A stretch of 64,000 nt of DNA from assembly GCF_009914755.1 (NCBI RefSeq), contig NC_060939.1; one strand, written 5' to 3'. The stretch comes from the human T2T-CHM13v2.0 reference genome, Homo sapiens. Numbering within the stretch: the first letter of the stretch is position 1; every line of letters begins with the position of its first letter. A model generated the notes under the pieces. That model worked only from the letters and a program-made list of their open reading frames with translations. It had not been told where the DNA came from and did not search any database. A program made the position numbers and the translations under genes. Below, in pieces: positions 25,235 through 37,110 of this stretch.

Positions 25235-27109
25235 AGAAATGGCAACACTGGTATTCATATCCGGGTCCATCTGATACCACTACTCCCCATTCAAAGATTT
25301 TAGTCCTTAAGGGTCAAGTTAAGAAGAGAAGCTCTGGAGTCCTTGAGCCCCAGAGCAAGGCCCCTGCAAAGGCAGCTGCCAGAGACTATGGCAGTCCCCA
25401 AAGAAGGGAGAGAGTCATCTTGATAAAGTCATGGGGGCAAGGCACTCTAGAAGGGCCTTGGGACTTCTCAGTAGTCCCAGGGCAATGGCTCTGGAAGAAA
25501 GCCATTTCCAGAGGTTGCCCATCCATGAAGACCAGCCAATGATTATGCCGAAAACACTCAGGGAGACAGCTCAGCAAGGCCAGTGGGTGGTGAAGGGCAA
25601 AGTCAGTGGGTGGTGAAAGGACCCCTGACCACAGATAAACATAAAACCCCACTACCCAACACCAGAGCAGATGCATGACTAGCACCCACCTGTAAATGGT
25701 GGTAGCTGAGCATTGTATCACTCAAGACCAAAGTGGCAGAAGCCACTTCTGGTGAAGCATCCTTCCGTGGCAAGCCCACATCTAGACACAAAGTGGGCCA
25801 GGTGTCTGGAACCTAAGGGGAGCTTCCCAGCTCCCTGAGTATCCATTTTTCCAGCTGTGAAATGCAGATGATCAGACCCAGCTTCCAGGGCAGTTCTGAA
25901 GACTAAGGTTGGGTATACACAAGACAGAGTAGAAGGTAAGGTACAGAGTGTGATTAGCTTTCCTCCATGCATATCAGGGTGCTGGTAAGGTGTACTTGTG
26001 ACCCTCTGCTCACCACTGTGCTCCTAATGCTCCTGCCCAAACCTGCTTCCCATTCCTTCAGAGAACTGGCTTCAAGATGGGCTTCTTCTGAGCTTCTCTC
26101 AATGTGACCCCCACACCTAATGGAGAATAAAACTGCAACTTGAATATCCCTGGACAGGTGTAGCTGATAGTTTTGTCTCCATGTTCTGGGGACCAATAAA
26201 CATAAAAACCCTGACTTCCTCCAAAGACACTGAGTTTTCCATCATCAGTAGGTTAAAGGCAGAGGCCAGCACCACTTAAAGAAGAGACTGCAAAAGGGAT
26301 TCATTCATTGAATAGAAGCCTTCAAAATCCACAAGGGTCGTCCTGAGCCTCTGATGCCCTGTGGTTGGACTTCATAACTACTTGGAAGGCAGAGCTCAAA
26401 GCCTTCTTGATAGAGGGCTTTCTGCCTATTGAAGGTATTTATGGGCACACAAGTTCAAAGCCAGTACAATATTGGCATGCAAGAATGAGAGAAGAATGAG
26501 GAGACAGGGTAGGAGTAGGGTGCCCCCATGGCCCAGCAGACCTTTCTGCGAAAAGGGCTTGCTCACTTCTTGAAATTCCTGAAACTCCACCTCTACAGCC
26601 CCAGAAGGCTGAGCTGTGATAAAATCTACCCTCTCCCAAGGCCTGAGGCACACCAGGTATCCAGGAGGGAGATGAACTCACACTCACTTCCAGAAACATC
26701 TTAAGATTCCACGATGGTTGCTCTGAAAATCTGTTGGAAGCTCAGAAAGGCACCAAGGCCGCTCTTTGGAAGACAAGCAGACAGCAGCGAAGGGAACCAA
26801 ATCCTCAATGACTCTGGGGACTGGAGCCTTTGAAAAGAGATGGTTTAATGAAAAGGTGCTGTCAAGAGCTAGCCGCCTAGAAGGCAGCTAGTCCTCGGCT
26901 GGCTGCTTTTTCCCTGTTGCCTCCCTTCTCGCTTAGTCAGGAGCTCCTGCTCAGCCCTGCAGACCCCCAGACCTCAGTGCCTGAGAATTAATCCTTGCTG
27001 GTTTGGACAAGAAGGAGCCATAGCCCTCAAATGCACAGGCCTCCTTGATGCCTGGAGACTGTCCTGTTACCCAGCCTGTGGCCCTGGGTTCTAGACCTGT
27101 TGTCCCTGC

Positions 27110-27240
27110 CAACGCTCCATCTGCCACTTCCCCAGCCAGGTGGTGACCATGGCAACCGTGGCTTGGAGAAGACAATGCAGCCACAGATGGTTTTCTACAG
27201 ATTGGTCAAGTGCACAAAGTTATTCATTGTTTGGCCAAGG
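27110..27240. promoter_or_regulatory. Candidate neural/glial enhancer core (RFX X-box, E-boxes, SOX dimer)
   Basis: CCATCTG 27117-27123, GTGACCATGGCAAC 27143-27156, CAGATGG 27184-27190, ACAAAG-n5-CATTGT 27214-27230. Confidence 0.5.
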
Positions 27241-27279
27241 GGACTTCTAGCTTAGAATTAGAATGCACCTCTAGGGAGG

Positions 27280-27545
27280 ACTTAACCTTGACAAGTAATT
27301 TCTTATTTAATTTTCAACACTCCTTTGATATGGGTACTATTATGATTCCCATTTTAGAGACAGGGAAACTGTGAAGGAATTTGTCCTTGGTCACACAGCT
27401 AGGAAGTGACAGAGCAAGGATCTGAACCCAGATTGGTATTATTACCAATTATTATTACCAATCTGGGTTCAAATCCTTGAATCCAGTTCAAATCCTTGAA
27501 TCTGACAATAGATAGATTGGCTTTAGAGTCAAGCTCACACACTTT
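27280..27545 (-). mobile_element. MIR interrupted by a 77-bp fold-back insertion
   Basis: 'cccattttagagacagggaaactg...ggtcacacagctaggaagtgacagagcaaggatctgaaccc' resumes at agattggctttagagtc. Confidence 0.75.
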
Positions 27546-30500
27546 CCTCCTTGCCCGGAGCTCCCTAATGCTGACACACTGTCTTGGAGCACCCTCTAGA
27601 TGCTCATCTGATGCCTGATTCCTTGGCCCCATCTTTAACCTCCAAGTACTTCCAGGCCTGGCCTTCCCCCCGGGCTCAGCCTCCTCCTCTACAACTGCTC
27701 TCCCTGCTTCTGTTCTGCCTCTGCTCTTCTTCCTGGGTTCTGGAGCTGCTGCCACCTGCAGGCCTCATGTGCAAAGATGCTTGAGCTCTAATACAGGATG
27801 TCAGAGCAGGAGGGCTGGGGACTGAATCCCTGCTATGTATGCTCCGCCGTGGTGGCCAAGTGAGGGCAGAGGCCCAGGAGTTTTAGTCTCCTGGAGAGAT
27901 TTGCATCTGGGCTATTCTGCAATGACAATCTGGATCCCACAGGAAAAAATGGGGGTGCACTAAAGTCAAGTGCACATAAGCAGTAGGAGGCATTGAGATG
28001 AGCTCCAAGGGAGATCTTACATCTGAGATGAGTCAGTCTCCTGCTGTAGTCCTGCCTAAATGCTCTCAGAAGGAATATTTTGTGTGTGTTTCTATACTAC
28101 CTTTCTTTTCTAGTTCAGGAAGGTCTTTACTCACTGGACCATAATGCAGCTGGAGGAATGTATGAAGCTATGAGATGTCCCCGTGATTGAGATTAGGATG
28201 GGCTCTTTCCCTCCAAGTCATAGATACAATCAACACTGATCAGTGAGGGATCAAGAGAGCCACAACCTCGTGGTGACAAACAGATTTAGAATCTGCGGCT
28301 GAAATTCAGACTGCGCTGCAGAGCTGGGCATTGTCTGCCAAGGTACCCAGTCCAGTAGGAGAGAAAGAATAAGTCTACATAGCTCTGGTTTTATTTCTAG
28401 ATTTGCCACTGGGACACTGTGCCAGCCTCGGTGGCCACCTCCCTTGCCCTCCATAGGTAATTCACATAGAGGAAGAAAGTGGGTGGAAGAAAGAAAGAGT
28501 AGTGGTTAACTTTGCACCCTGTAAGAGGTAAGCACTACGGGAGTTGCTTTACATAAACTACCTCCCAATCCCCTAGGGGGCAAGTAGCAGATTCCCACTT
28601 TAAAAAGGAGGAACTGGGCTCAGAAACATAAACCCCAACATCACACAGCGACTTAGTAATATGTATGGAATGCAAAGCAATAACAATAGCAATAATAGTA
28701 ATACCAATCTGGCAACAGTTGATATGTATGTAGAACAAGCTGTGTTCTGGACAATATATTGATTCCTTGAAACCTCACCCAAAATCCATCAGGTCAGTAT
28801 TATTATCCCCATTTTACAGATGAGGAAAATGAATATCGAGATCTGTGAATCCCACCCAGTGCCAGCCGCCCTGACATCCTTCCTCTTCATGTCACAGAAT
28901 TGTCATGAGGACCAATGGCATCGGGCAGCAGAAAACATTGCATATTCCCCAAAAGAAAGTGGCCCCTGGGCTTTCCTTTGCTTCCTTCCCAGAGTGAGCC
29001 ATGCTCTGGAAGGGATATTTCCATAGCTGTCCTCTTACAGCATCAGTAAGCACCATGACTTTCAGGAGTACAGGATTGCACCTTTGACGGCTCCAGGCCC
29101 ACAACCGATTGCATTCCTAGACCACAGGGAAGGGCGGCAGATCACTGCCTCATCTGCCCAGAGCTGTGGAGGCAGCAAAGGGTGTTTAACCTCTGCTGGT
29201 GAATTGAAAGCCCAGGAGCTGGTGCAGATTCATTTTGTTTTATTTCTTCTGTGCTCCCATAAAACGGAGTAGGGGGTTTCACAGGTGCAAGTACTGCTGG
29301 GGAAAATCCTGGGGGTGGGGGCAGGGTAAGGGTGGGGAGGAAGAACTGGCTTAGCTGCCAATCTGGAATGGGTAAGCAAGTGGGAGAATGAATAGGAGAT
29401 GAAGGACTGAGGATAAGAAGGGTAGGAGAGGGAGACAGACAGACAGAAAGAAAGACAGAGATGGAGACATAGAAACAAAGAGACAGAGACCAAAGCAGAG
29501 AGATAGGGAGAGAGAGAACACCAGGGCCGAAACTCTCCTCACTGACGCTGCTACTAGAAGGTTGGGCTGGGCCTGCGTCTGCCCAGGGCATGTGATTCTT
29601 GGCCTCTACTGGTCCTAGAGTTCTACCACCTTCCAAAGAACAGAGCAGAAAGGCTGCTTCTAGTCCAGGAACTTGCAGGATGAGGCTCCATCACGGTGAC
29701 TGTACTCTAGATCAGCCTCACCACACTACCTGCAGCATGCATGGCCTCCTGAGCATGCTCATGTGTGCCATGCAACCTCCTACAGGAATGAGGTTAGAGA
29801 ATGGAAATTTAAGCTTAGAAGGAGAGGCAACATGTTTAGGGTCACCCAGGAAGTTAGTTTCCTGCAGAGATTGGAGCCCCAGCCAAGGAGTTCACCATCC
29901 TGCAGGACCAGGGGCCTGCTGATTCTTGGAGGTGAGTCAAGGGACAGAGTGCCTAGAATGAGGGCGAGGGTGCAGAAGTCTCTCCTACCTCCCTATCCCA
30001 CTCCAGCCAAAAATCCCAGCCAAATAAAACACAGGAGCCGAGGTGTTTGCATAATCTCCATCTCTCACTATGCACTCCCATGCCATGGTATGGTGCAGTC
30101 CACTTGGTCCTTGCCGCCTGCTCACTCACACAGTCAGGGACCCACAAGCATACCTGCCCACCAATCCCTCCAGTGCCCCAAACCCTGCTCACTCTGCAGG
30201 TTGAGAGGGGACTGAGTACTTCACTGCATCACTTTTAACTCCACATGGTCCCAGCATCATCCACCCTCAAAAAAACTCCTCCATGGCCCTGCCCTTACAG
30301 AGCTCACCAAGTAGCAAGAGACAAACACACATCATAACTCACCCGGCACAAGGAGAGAGTACAGAACAGAGTGCTGGGGAGGACAGGAAGAAGCAGGGGA
30401 CAGCGAAGCTGGCAAGGGCTGGGGGCTCAGTGTGTGCAAAGGCACAAAGGAGAGGGAACAGGTGGTCTGGGGTGGCTGGAATGCAGACTGCATACTAGGG

Positions 30501-31609
30501 TGGAATGGAAGGCCCCAGGGGCAGGAGTCCTAGAGGCAGGGTCAGAGAGATGGCCTGGGGCCAGCTTATGAAGCATCTGGTCCCCTTCTCTCCGTTCTCC
30601 ACTGCCATGGGGTCGAGGCTCATTCCTAGAGGCAACAGCCAGATGCAGAGGGTGCACGGGCCGCAGAGCGAACGACACTTTCCCACAGCATGAACTCAGG
30701 GCTGTGTCCAGGACCCGGTGCTCAGCCAGCCCCTGTTGCACAACACACTGCCTTCTGCATCCCCCATCCTCCCTCAGCTCCTGCATCCTCACCCCCTGCT
30801 GAGGATCACTGATGCAGGGGGGACCGAGCCTTGGCTCCCTGCACAGCAGCCCACACCACCTGCCACCCTTCGTAGTCAAGAGATCATGTTGAAAGGGAAT
30901 CTTTTTAGGGAGGTCTTTCTATAGGAGGCAAGCCTGCGGCTGCAGGAAAACCGTCAGCATTCCTATCTCCTATGTTAAAAGCTGCTAAGTCCACCAGCTG
31001 ATTCCTCAGCGGTATTAAAATGTGCAATAAGAACTGGCCCAGTGGGTTTTCCTAGCATTGGTATAGAAAACCCCAGGGTTTCCTCTGTGTGTTCCTGCAT
31101 GTGTCTCCTAGCAGGGTGGCAAGCACCAGCAGTGTGCAGAGTCGGGGTGGACGAGAGTGGCTGAGATTCTTGATGCCAGCTGTGAATCCCATAGAAGTCC
31201 CAATACTCAATAGCCAAGCCTGGGGAGACTGGTTTTTATTGTGGTGGCTTTGTTTGTCGGGGCCATGGTACCAGTGCTGGGGCCTTAGGCTGTCAGGCTA
31301 TGCCCCAAGGGCTTCAGGCAAGATTTCACAGGAGTCTGAGTCAGAAATCCTGTCCTTCCAATGCTTCCCCCTGGCCAGGACACAGATGCCAGGATGGGGC
31401 CATCATCTTCTGCTCCTTCTTTGGGGTCCCTGAAACTGGTCAGGGAATCCTCCATTGTGTGAGCGTCTGTGTCTCCTGACCTAGGCCCTGACCCTACTCT
31501 TGGATTCCTTCGGGACTGGGATCTACAGGATCCAGGATCAGGCCAGAGGGCATGGGAGAAACCTGAGGCGGAAGTCAGACAGAACTGCACTGTGAGACAC
31601 ACCTCTTCC

Positions 31610-31800
31610 ACTTACTCACTGTGTGGCCCTGGGTGGGTTTCACAACCTCTCTTGGCCTCAGCTCCCTCACCTGTAAAAGGGAGATTCCATTGTTCCCCTT
31701 CAGGGATGATGTGTGGGCTGAACAAGGTGATGTCCAGACAGTCCTAAGCACAGCAGTAACTGGCCCCCAGCGGAGCTCAGTAAACTTCGGCTGTAATTAT
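31610..31800 (+). mobile_element. MIR
   Basis: 'ccacttactcactgtgtggccctggg...ggcctcagctccctcacctgtaaaaggg'. Confidence 0.7.
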
Positions 31801-32514
31801 AAGCTGTTATAAGGCACTTGGCAATGGAGTAGATACTCCATAAACAAGCATCATACAAGTGTAAATAATTATTAATTATTATGATGACTAATCATCATTA
31901 TTATTGATGATAAATGTGAGAAATGCTACCCAAACACCAGCTCCCCCACTCAATCTGTTTGCAGACAGACATCACTCCTCAACCATGCAGAAAAAGTCTG
32001 GGACCCAGAAGAAGAGCTGGTTCCAAGCACCCCAACAGGGAGCACTGTCCTCCCTCCAGTCTCCATGCAGCACTGTGCAGGCTGGTGTCACCCAGGCAGG
32101 TGACATTCACCCAAATGCATCCCATCTGTCTGTTCAGTCTGCTTATGGCCTGCGTCTTTTCAGCTTGGCTCCTCTGTGTCTAAGTTGTTAAATATTTTGG
32201 ATATCACCTCAACAAGAAATGTCTTTGTGATTTCTTGAGTCCTGGCTCATGAGCAGCAAGGCTGACCTGAGTGCAGAAAGTGACCTGGGGAAATCCTGGT
32301 CAAGCTCCCAGAACTCTGCTTCTTAGATGAAGTCAGATAGACAAGGAGTGAGCTTTGCTGAGCAAGCAAATTTTACCACCATCCTGAAAAATGAATCAAG
32401 GCAAGGCCCACAGAGGTACCCAGGGCCTAGCTCAGCACCCAGCAGTGCAGGAGCTCAATAAGTACATGGATGGGTGGATGGGTAAGTGGGTGAATGGATG
32501 GGTGGGTGGGAGGA

Positions 32515-33455
32515 TGAAGTATATTAACCATGCCTTTTTTCTGTAGCCCTTGTGCTTTGACATCTGGGGCCTTGCTGACCCTGGAGAGACTGCCGCAGTC
32601 TCTATAGATAGTCCAGCCAGTCCTACAGATCGTGAAGGACTTGCCTACGAGTGTGCCTTGCTTATGTGTCTGAGTGCAGTCATGCTGCTATAACAAAATA
32701 CCACAGACTGGGTAATAGATAAAGAACAGAAATTTATTCCTCACAGTTCTGGAAGCTGGAAGTCCAAGATGAAGATGCTGGTGGGTTCCATGTCTGGCAG
32801 GTGAGGACTAGTCTCTGCTTCTAAGATGGTGCCTTAAACACCGTGCTCCAGAGGGGATGATACTGTGTCCTCACACAGCAGAAGGGCAGAAGAGAAAAAG
32901 GACAAAAGAACCTAGCTAGTTCCCTCCGGCCCTTTTGTAGGGCACTAATCCCATCCGTGGGGCGGAGCCCCCCTAAAGGCCCCACCTCCTAATATGATTG
33001 CATTGGAGATTAAGTTTCAACATAATTTTGGAGAGGATGCAAATGTTCTAACCATAGCAATATGCAAACAGTCCTGAGACTACCCCCGCCCCCCACCTCC
33101 TCTACTGGGCTGTCACACTCAGGGCCCCTATGCCCCTTCCCCAGTCACCCCAGGGCCAGGTACCAAACAACTAGGGACTGTGTCCCAGAACCTTACATTA
33201 TTCAAACTAGCCGATCCTAAACCTGCTTGCCCTGCCCTGCCCATCCATTCCCATAGAAACCACCACAAAGGTTCCTGCCCATGTTTTCCCCTCGCCCCCT
33301 GCCTCCTGACTGCCCCTGGTGTTTCCCCACGTGGCCCCGCATGGTGTGGCATGCTCCCTTCTCCTGGAACTGTGAGTAACAAGTTTTCCATGGCATCAGC
33401 TCCTGATTTATTGGCCGTGCCATACCTGAATGATAATAAAGCCTACATCTTCAAT
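32515..33455 (+). mobile_element. MER74-family-like ERVL solo LTR, split by an MST element
   Basis: 'tttgacatctggggccttgctgaccctggagagactgcc' ... 'cagggccaggtaccaaacaactagggac' ... 'catacctgaatgataataaagcctacat'; subfamily from memory. Confidence 0.7.
32667..33059 (-). mobile_element. MST (MSTC/D-like) MaLR solo LTR
   Basis: 'gctgctataacaaaataccacagactgggtaat...aaatttattcctcacagttctgga...accatagca'; TSD ttatg 32662-32666 / atatg 33060-33064. Confidence 0.85.
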
Positions 33456-34259
33456 GTGGAGGGAAGGAGGAAGGGAGGGAGGGAGGGGAAAGGTGGATGG
33501 AAGAAAAGAAGGAAGGAAGGGGGTTAGATGGATGGATGGATAAAAGGAAGAAAGCAAGGGAGGATGAAATCAACCTGGGCCTCAAGTTTCCACAGGAATG
33601 ATCTGACTACAACTTTGCTCCATGGTTGAAAAGAAGCAGCTTTCTCCTACCAAGTTTTGGCTGTGTTTGGGAGAATGTACCTTCACAGTGCCACAGGCCA
33701 GCAATCAATACAGCATCTTCTCACTCCCTTTGCAGACAGAAAGACCTGGATCTGAATCCTGGCCCTGCCATTCACTGGCCATGAGACCATGGCCAACTGA
33801 CTTAACCTGTGTGCGAGACACACACATGTATATGTCTACCTTCCGAGTTCCCTGATGCTAGAACCAGAAGATGCAGGCATAGCATGGTTTCCAGCACAGA
33901 GTACGCACTCCCCGACACTCATAATGAGTATTATTATTCGGCTATTCTGCAGTCCCGCACCCCAAGTGCCATCTGTTAGAAAGACTGTGCTATTTGGTCT
34001 AAATGTCTTCCTCACCCAGACGCCCCTATTTGGGGCTCTTGGTCTCTGCCTCACCAAAAGCCATGCTAATCCCTTCCTGGTCCCCAGTCCGGAGTTCAGG
34101 GCTCGGCAGGCAAACACGTGCTCCCTATCCAAAGGACTAGAAGGGCCCTACAACGCACCACATGCCTACATTTCACAGACCTCTCTTCTGGAGTTACGCT
34201 GACCCCTCCCCATTGAGAGGCTGCTTGGCTTTCCCTGCTGCTTTTAAAGTGAGAAGGGG

Positions 34260-34600
34260 GAGGACCTTTACGCTGGAATCGCATTTCAATTTCCCCATCT
34301 CCCCTGTACACCATCACTCAGTAAAAATAGCTAATTTTAAAATGGCTGCTCTTATGATGGACGAGATTAATGGATCTTGAAGAGCAGCCAGTATACCAAC
34401 TGCTCCTGCAGCCATGATGAAAGCTAATAATGTAGAAAATTCTGCCAATTCCTTTAATTCATGAATATTTAAGCCTGTGAAAAATCTGTCAGATTATATC
34501 ATTTTTTTCTGGTGATTTTCCGCCTAAGTACGTTCATGGCAGCCTGCCAGTTGCTCAAGAAACTTCAGCAGGAGCAAAATCATTTTTGTTGTTGTTGTTA
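34260..34600. promoter_or_regulatory. AT-rich repeat-free island, candidate conserved enhancer
   Basis: YY1-like AAAATGGC, AGATTAAT 34364, TAATTCATGAATA 34455, MEF2-like gtaaaaatag; no repeat signature. Confidence 0.5.
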
Positions 34601-35339
34601 CTATGGACGGCCGTCTTCTCCTTGCTGAATTTATCCCCTCATCCCCGGGTGGAGAATCAGGTGCACTCGAGACAGCTAAAGGCAACCACGGTGATTTCCC
34701 CCAGCAGGCACAGATTCCTCTCCCAACCCAAAGGCTGGCAGGGGCTTTTGTGAAAGGAGACCATGGTTTTCAAATTGTGTTCCACGGCACCCAAGTCTTC
34801 CTCCTTGGGGCCCGGGGGGATCACTGGGAGGGGTTTGGGCTGGACATGCTGCGTGCATGGGGCTGCCGGACCCAACTCCCACTTGCACCAAGCAGTTCTG
34901 TTTGGTGCATTGAGATTCCCTGCAAATAAGTGTTGCCCCAACTTAAAACAATTTGAAAGGCATGAGCATGGAAACCACAGCTCTAACCCACCCCTCCCGG
35001 CTTGAACAACAAAGGGAGAAACTCAGCCCCCATGATGGTAACTGGTAAGCCCACCTCATGGGAAGCACTAGCAGTGGCACCTGAGCGGCAACCAGGATCC
35101 TTAACTGCAAGTGAGCGCTCTCTCCCCATCTCCAGCACACTCTGGGTGACCTCTTGGGCTCTGCCTGTTTGGGGAAGGCAGGAAATGAGGCTCAGATGGG
35201 CCACGCTCCCCAGCCACAGTGGAAAGTCCTCTCTGAAGCCAAGATGTTTCCTTGCAAAGACAAGAGAGAGCGAGAGAGAATGAGCATGTTTAGTGACTTG
35301 AGAGGGAGGGAGGGGTGGCCAACTTCAGAGATGATTATC

Positions 35340-36010
35340 ATTCAGGGACTTGTTGGCTGGAGGAAGGAGCGAGCTTCTTTTTATAGGAGCTCCAGTTCCT
35401 CGTTTTGTTCTCTTCGGGTTATTCTCCAAAGAAAGCCGGCTCTTGAGTCAGCTGGCAGGAGAGCGAGGCGAATGCGCTGGTGCTGGCCGCAATGGCCCCG
35501 GTTCAACGCTCGCTCCAGCTGGTCACGTCCTCACCGGGGCGGCCGGCGGCCTGCCTGCCCACGCTCTGCCAGGAGCCCAGGTCAGCCCTTGCCTCGCCGG
35601 GGCCGGAGCCCGTCCAAAATCAACAAGTCTTTTGTGCCTCTCCTTTGGACGCTGTATAATTACAGCAAACATGTATTGGCGGTGCACAGCGATTGTGAGG
35701 CAATTGTTGAAGGATCTCAAATGCGCTTGGCATTTGGTCTTGGAGAGCAATTCGAGGAACCACAGCTCCAGTTGGCTCATGCTGGCCAGAAAACAAGAGA
35801 TTTTCAGAAGTCGTGAGTGGTGTGTTGGCACAGCCTCCATGTAGTTCATCAGCTATTTCCTTGATAGTGGGTTGCGTTTTACCACCAAGCCAACTGACTG
35901 ACTCATGAGTCAGGGACTTAAAAAATAAATAAATAAGGGAGGCCATCGGTGCCCGCTGAGCAAAACACGTCAGGCTGCCGACAAAATGGGCCCCTGCTGC
36001 TTTCCGGGTG
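35340..36010 (-). promoter_or_regulatory. CpG-rich promoter/enhancer; candidate minus-strand TATA promoter
   Basis: CpG-dense about 35430-35625; TATAAAAAG on - strand 35385-35377; AP-1 palindrome 35898-35913; SOX-like sites about 35630-35710. Confidence 0.55.
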
Positions 36011-36229
36011 GTTTCATTTTTCCTCTTTTTGTCTTTTTGTTTGAAAACTATGAAAGTGAAACTGCACACCTCCCCCCTCAAGCTATTCTGTTCCCATGGG
36101 CAGCCAGAGGAGATGGGTGGGTGACGGGGTCTCCCAGCAACACCATCTCTCGGCAAATTCACATTCCCATCAACCAGGCTTGAATGAGGTGTCTAGTGTG
36201 TGCCCGGCTTTCAGAGGGCCTCTGTGGAG

Positions 36230-37110
36230 GGAGATGATGTTCATTGAGCTGATATTAATTGAACACATGACATGGCCGAGGGTACTCACCCAGGTGTGGC
36301 TTGCTTTAGCCTATCGAGAGCTTAATAAGGGCAACAGCTTTAGCCTCAATTTATAGACGAGGAAACGAAGGCTTCTGAGGCTAAGATTCATAGGTCACAC
36401 ACTTAGTAAGTGGCAAAACTGGGGTTGGAACCCAGATCTGTCTGATTCCAGTACTCATCCTACCAATATTCATGTCATTCCAAGGCTCACTTTTCCATAA
36501 ATATCCAATGTTTTCAGTGCAGTGAGTTCCTTGAGCTTACAGGGGTGATTCAGACTGACATGGTCCTTGCCCCTCCAAGGCTGACATTTAAGCTGGGAAG
36601 ACAGAGTCAAGGATGAAGTAGACAATTGATCCTTTCATTGCAATTGTGGTTCTTGCCCTCAAGGAAAAGGACAGAGTGGTTACAGCACAGGGCAGGGAAC
36701 TTGGCCTGGCCTCACAGGCCTAAGAAATTTGAGGGATGATAGGAATTCAGTGGATAAAGCATTCCTGGAAGTGGGAACCACTGGTGCAAAGACCCCTGGG
36801 TGAGAAGAAGGGTGTGGTGTTGTGGGGGAGCTGACAGGAGGTCAGGGAGCCTGGAGTGCCCAGGGTGAGGGAGCCATGTGGGTGGAGAACCTGGCCTGGG
36901 CCCTGAAGGCCAAGGAAATGACTGCAGGGGTTTATCCCAACAGCAAGGGGCAGCCATTGATGGGGTCTAAGCAGTGCCATGATCAGATCTGCATTTGTAA
37001 AAGGACCCCCCAAAGGACCCCCTTGGTTGCTTTTATGAACAATAGACTAGAGTGACAGGAGTAGGTGTGGGGAAGGTCACTGAGAGACTAGTGATACTAG
37101 TGGCTCATGG
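36230..37110 (-). mobile_element. MIR followed by L2 fragments
   Basis: 'atttatagacgaggaaacgaaggc...ggtcacacacttagtaagtggcaaaactggggttggaacccag'; L2 'gcagccattgatggggtctaagcag...gatcagatctgcattt'. Confidence 0.7.

Noticed and set aside
30700-30727. Split REST/NRSE-like half sites
   Set aside because: Both halves degenerate and spacing non-canonical
35154-36162. Overlapping ORFs of 108-220 aa on both strands
   Set aside because: Typical of CpG-rich DNA; no homology recognised
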